Shown here in pieces: positions 63,421 through 64,000 of a stretch of DNA of 64,000 nt. The stretch is from Chloroflexota bacterium (GTDB lineage Bacteria > Chloroflexota > Dehalococcoidia > Dehalococcoidales > JBDRCY01). The stretch is from contig JBDRCY010000015.1 of assembly GCA_043821265.1 (NCBI GenBank), positions 10,558 through 74,557 of the forward strand. The letters are read 5' to 3'. The stretch's first letter is position 1, and every line of letters starts with the position of its first letter. Both the position numbers and the translations under genes were made by a program. The notes under the pieces are model-generated. The model was not told the origin of the DNA. It saw only the letters and a program-made list of their open reading frames with translations, and made no database searches.

Positions 63421-64000
63421 TCAGCGGATAATCAGAAAATCGGTTATCCCCGACCTGGTGCAGTAGGCCTGCCGCTGCCGGTCCAAACACGCCTTAAACG
63501 AGGACGAGTGAATATCCTCCGTCGACATAATCAAAGCGTCTTCCCGGTTATCGACGTAGTAAGCACGGCGCCGCCCTACCTGGATAAAGCCATACTTATA
63601 ATAGAGCTGCTGCGCCGCCGTATTGGAGACACGGACCTCCAGCGTAATCATACTGGCCCCTAGCTCCACAGCCAGGTCAATAAGCGCGATGAGCAGTAGC
63701 TCCCCCATCCCCTGGCGCAGGTACTCGCTGCGCACCGCGATACTTATAATATGCGCCTCGTCAGCCATAATCCAGAAGCCGGCAAAGCCAACAATGAGCT
63801 CTTTGGTCGGCGGAACCCCGTCGCCGACCCACCGGTTATAGCTGAATAGACCTCCCAGCACCGAGGCCAGCCGGCTGAAGCCTCTCTTCGATGCTACCGG
63901 GGGCGCCTCAGCCTGCCGCTCGTCACTACAGGCCACCACATAATGCGCCAGCCGGTTTTCCATCTCGCGATGATAGTTGGGCGGCGGCCAGCCAGTGGGG
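63421..64000 (-). CDS. rimI: Ribosomal-protein-alanine N-acetyltransferase-like GNAT (RimI family), 5' end beyond the window
   Basis: GNAT motif A, IAVRSEYLRQGMGELLL, plus LEVRVSN..A..LY.KYGF...G.RR.YY. The frame stays open past the listed Met at 63963 to the window edge (..PTGWPPPNYHREMENRLAHYVVA). Confidence 0.75.
   Translation of the reverse strand, partial: PTGWPPPNYHREMENRLAHYVVACSDERQAEAPPVASKRGFSRLASVLGGLFSYNRWVGDGVPPTKELIVGFAGFWIMADEAHIISIAVRSEYLRQGMGELLLIALIDLAVELGASMITLEVRVSNTAAQQLYYKYGFIQVGRRRAYYVDNREDALIMSTEDIHSSSFKACLDRQRQAYCTRSGITDFLIIR

Overview
The window is a gene-dense (about 58 CDS), roughly 58% GC bacterial chromosomal segment made up almost entirely of housekeeping and central-metabolism genes. 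I found no rRNA or tRNA genes, no CRISPR array, and no recognisable transposase, integrase or prophage. The gene content suggests a Chloroflexota (Dehalococcoidia-like) genome: a core-type MetE, a split methylmalonyl-CoA mutase, an archaeal-type thiolase/HMGCS-like/DUF35 triad, a DUF5679 mini-protein, and strong GGAGG-type ribosome-binding sites. That placement is inference only.

Layout:
- 1-6.2 kb: a partial dockerin-bearing surface protein, MmgE/PrpD, def, a HAD phosphatase, and a solitary SbcC/Rad50-like ATPase.
- 6.2-29.6 kb: one long minus-strand co-directional array. In transcription order it runs coaE; thiolase, HMGCS-like, DUF35, crotonase and two hbd genes; meaB, split MCM, epimerase and carboxyltransferase; mtnA, mtnP, core-metE, ahcY and metK; PMM and cupin; uvrA; MFS; HD.
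- 29.9-39.2 kb (plus strand): the AmmeMemoRadiSam radical SAM gene with a fused Memo-AMMECR1 gene, then rarA, rpsO, pnp (frameshifted), and dapB-asd-dapA.
- 39.3-49.1 kb (minus strand): purA; a CDP-alcohol phosphatidyltransferase, GT4 and ino1 inositol-lipid cluster; a DUF5679 mini-ORF; and truB, rbfA, infB, ylxR and nusA.
- 49.4-64 kb: ribF-tyrS-serC-like-serA, DUF1015, ligA-pth, a frameshifted TIGR00725-like gene, eno, an MBL hydrolase, an orphan TcmP-like gene, gap, and rimI (partial).

I see no obvious defence island or novel multi-gene system. The items most worth follow-up:
1. The function-unknown AmmeMemoRadiSam system, here with Memo and AMMECR1 fused.
2. An HMG-CoA-synthase-fold protein in the thiolase/DUF35 triad that seems to lack the Glu/Cys/His catalytic triad.
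3. A 43-bp tandem hairpin repeat in the ahcY-metK leader.
4. A hairpin- and repeat-rich divergent intergenic region with an orphan plus-strand terminator, which may encode an sRNA.
5. An orphan TcmP-like gene.
6. Two single-base frameshifts in conserved genes.
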